Of a DNA stretch of 8,451 bases, positions 6,882 through 8,451 are shown in pieces (position 1 is the first letter of the stretch; each line of letters begins with the position of its first letter). Source of the stretch: a virus (Duplodnaviria; Heunggongvirae; Uroviricota; Caudoviricetes); IMG/VR virus record IMGVR_UViG_2548876857_000001, positions 1 to 8,451 of that record; one strand, 5' to 3'. Made by a program: the position numbers and the translations under genes. A model generated the notes under the pieces. It saw only the letters and a list, made by a program, of their open reading frames with translations, was not told the origin of the DNA and did no database searches.

Positions 6882-7345
6882 GCAGAGTAACCGCGATTAT
6901 CTCCGCTCTGGTTATCTGCATCATCGTCTGCCTGTCGTGGGCGGTCAATCATTACCGTGATAACGCCATCGCCTACAAAGAACAGCGTGATAAAAAAGTC
7001 AGTGAGCTGAAGCAGGCGACCGCCACCATCGCTGACATGCAGCAGCGTCAGCGTGATGTTGCTGCGATCGATGCAAAATACACGAAGGAGTTAGCCGATG
7101 CGAAAACTGAAAATGAAACTCTGCGCGCTGATGTTGCCGCTGGTCGTAAGCGCCTGCGGGTCAATGCCAGTTGCTCCGCAGCCGTGCGTGAAGCCACCGG
7201 ACCCACCAGCATGGATAATGCAACCAGCCCCCGACTGGCAGACACCGCTGAACGGGATTATTTCACCCTCAGAGAACGGTTGATGACGATGCAGAAGCAA
7301 CTGGAAGGGGCGCAGGAATATATCCGCACCCAGCGCATTAAGTAG
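6878..7345 (+). CDS. Rz: Rz i-spanin (inner-membrane spanin subunit)
   Basis: ATG 6878 overlaps the endolysin stop (ATGA). N-terminal TM segment ([18 protein letters not shown]) followed by a charged coiled-coil-like periplasmic domain; position after R. Confidence 0.8.
7098..7283 (+). CDS. Rz1: Rz1 o-spanin (outer-membrane lipoprotein), embedded in Rz in the +1 frame
   Basis: Entirely within Rz in a different frame. Product [22 protein letters not shown]... has a lipobox (VVSAC) and Pro-rich mature region ([22 protein letters not shown]) resembling lambda Rz1 as recalled. Confidence 0.8.
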   Translation: MRKLKMKLCALMLPLVVSACGSMPVAPQPCVKPPDPPAWIMQPAPDWQTPLNGIISPSENG

Positions 7346-7366
7346 CTGGAGAAAAAACACGAATCT

Positions 7367-7729
7367 GTGGTTTTTACTGAGCGCGGTGTACACGGTGGAA
7401 CATATGGCGGGAAGTTTGTTGCTTATGATTATGCAGCATGGCTAAACCCCGGATTTAAATATGCAGCCTATAAAGTCCTGGATGACTACTTCACCGGAGA
7501 ACTTCAGCATCGCAACAGCTTAAGTGCGCAGCTCAATATGAAGTGTCATGAGTTTGATCAGAAAAAAGATATGGCGAGCTTCTGTGGACAAGGGCTGGCG
7601 GCATGGCGCTATACGAAGCCAGTGTTGGTCGCTGAGATTAACTCCCGGGCTAACCAGCTGCAGATAACGATCCCCGGGCTGTCCGGTATTTGCCGGTATG
7701 AAATTACCGGAAGGCGCGGTCGTTACTGA
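7367..7729 (+). CDS. Hypothetical protein; possibly a 5'-truncated KilA-N-like remnant
   Basis: 120-aa ORF with GTG start and weak RBS. N-terminus GGTYGGKFVAYDYAAWLNPGFKYAAYKV resembles the C-terminal conserved block of KilA-N domains (G.W.HP.LA..FA.WL.P.F) without the preceding half of the domain. Assignment is tentative. Confidence 0.35.
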   Translation: MVFTERGVHGGTYGGKFVAYDYAAWLNPGFKYAAYKVLDDYFTGELQHRNSLSAQLNMKCHEFDQKKDMASFCGQGLAAWRYTKPVLVAEINSRANQLQITIPGLSGICRYEITGRRGRY

Positions 7730-7784
7730 GTAAGAGCAGGCATTACAGCAGCCCTTCACTGAGGGGCTGCGATAATGTGAGGAA

Positions 7785-7823
7785 TAAAAAACCGGCAGGG
7801 GAAATCCATTGAAGATTTGCCGG
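7785..7823 (-). terminator. Minus-strand intrinsic terminator (orphan; no clear minus-strand gene upstream)
   Basis: On the + strand: ATAAAAAA (7785-7790), then stem CCGGCA (7792-7797) / TGCCGG (7818-7823) with possible inner pairing AAATC/GATTT. On the minus strand this reads as a GC stem followed by TTTTTTAT. Confidence 0.5.
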
Positions 7824-7989
7824 TGGCAAAAGATGGCCATGCTTTTAACCTTAGTAGCAGAGCTACGGAGTTCAACAACGACCGTCGCCGTTATCTTGCT
7901 GAAAGGCGTTTCAATGATTTTCATCAATTTATTCATCAGCAATGGTGATAATCACTCTCATTTTGGCGGGTCCTTCCGGTGGGGTGGCC

Positions 7990-8180
7990 TGCCACGGGGC
8001 GGGAGCGTCGCGGAAAAAGGCTAGTTTTTGAAATTTCATTCGTCATCACCACCACTGTAATAGATTGATATTACAGTGGTTTTATTTTTATGGTGTCGAT
8101 TTTGATTGTTTTTTGTTCATCACTAACACCGTTTGCCTAAAGTTGTTCGCAAGATGCATGTTTAAAACATTCTGGAGCGG
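7990..8180. other. cos site region (cosN-like core followed by a cosB-like region) upstream of the small terminase gene
   Basis: ACGGGGCGGGAGCGTCGCGG (about 7994-8013) parallels the lambda cosN core ACG|GGGCGGCGACCT|CGCGG as recalled; downstream TTTTTGAAATTT and TTCGTCAT blocks also resemble the lambda left end. Lies directly upstream of a Nu1-family gene. Confidence 0.55.
8052..8079. repeat. Perfect 11-bp inverted repeat with 6-bp spacer inside the cosB-like region
   Basis: CCACTGTAATA (8052-8062), GATTGA, TATTACAGTGG (8069-8079), followed by TTTTATTTTTAT (8080-8091). Seen directly in sequence. Confidence 0.7.
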
Positions 8181-8182
8181 GT

Positions 8183-8451
8183 ATGGATCGAGAGTTAAAA
8201 AATCTGACGCTGAATATCAGTCAACTGGCGGCACTGTCAGGTGTACATCGCCAGACTGCTGCGGCAAGGCTGCAAAATCTACCCGTTGCAGGGGGGCATG
8301 AAAGCAACCTCAAGCTTTATCGGGTGGTTGATATTGTGTCGGCATTTCTGGCATTACCACCGCCGGTTGCAGAAGGCGAAATGGACGCGCATGAGCGCAA
8401 AGCCTGGTATCAGTCTGAACGTGAGCGTCTTAAGTTCGAACAGGAAACGGC
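8183..8451 (+). CDS. Terminase small subunit (Nu1 family), 5' partial; continues beyond window end
   Basis: ATG 8183 preceded by GGAGCGGG. N-terminal HTH-like segment (LNISQLAALSGVHRQTAAARLQN) followed by GG...LYRVVDIV aligns in pattern with lambda Nu1 (QLADIFGASIRTIQNWQ...GGGKGNEVLYDSAAVIKWY) as recalled. Location immediately after the cos-like region. Confidence 0.65.
   Translation, partial: MDRELKNLTLNISQLAALSGVHRQTAAARLQNLPVAGGHESNLKLYRVVDIVSAFLALPPPVAEGEMDAHERKAWYQSERERLKFEQET

Noticed and set aside
7520-7942. 140-aa minus-strand ORF between Rz and cos
   Set aside because: Antisense to the better-supported + ORF 7367..7729, reads straight through the minus-strand terminator hairpin, has a Ser/Cys/Arg-rich low-complexity composition and no RBS. 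Treated as a spurious ORF.
7809-8024. 71-aa + ORF overlapping the cos core
   Set aside because: Overlaps the minus-strand terminator and the cosN-like core; no RBS; composition not protein-like. The interval is better explained as cos and regulatory DNA.
1-8451. CRISPR arrays, IS elements or integrase/att sites
   Set aside because: No direct-repeat/spacer periodicity, no transposase-like ORF, no terminal inverted repeats bounding a segment, and no integrase gene in this window.

Overview
This window reads as a contiguous, same-strand (+) segment of a lambdoid (lambda/phage 21-like) enterobacterial prophage, running from the nin region to the start of the packaging genes. Gene order: two small unknown ORFs, a Lar/RalR-family protein, ninB, an orphan phage Dam-type N6-adenine methyltransferase, ninE, an inserted two-gene ORF6N plus Rha/KilAC antirepressor-like cassette, ybcO-like DUF1364, rusA, ninH, ninI phosphatase, a QuuD-type Q antiterminator, late promoter and tR', two tRNA genes, a phage-21-type lysis cassette (S21 pinholin, SAR endolysin, Rz with embedded Rz1), a lambda-like cos site, and the 5' end of a Nu1-family small terminase gene. 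All protein identifications are from recalled family motifs and synteny, not database searches. The most unexplained features are a promoter-to-terminator structured RNA or leader with a thrice-repeated TGGCGTC motif upstream of the ORF6N gene, an orphan minus-strand terminator between Rz and cos, and a cosN core that differs from lambda as I recall it. No CRISPR array, IS element or rRNA was seen.
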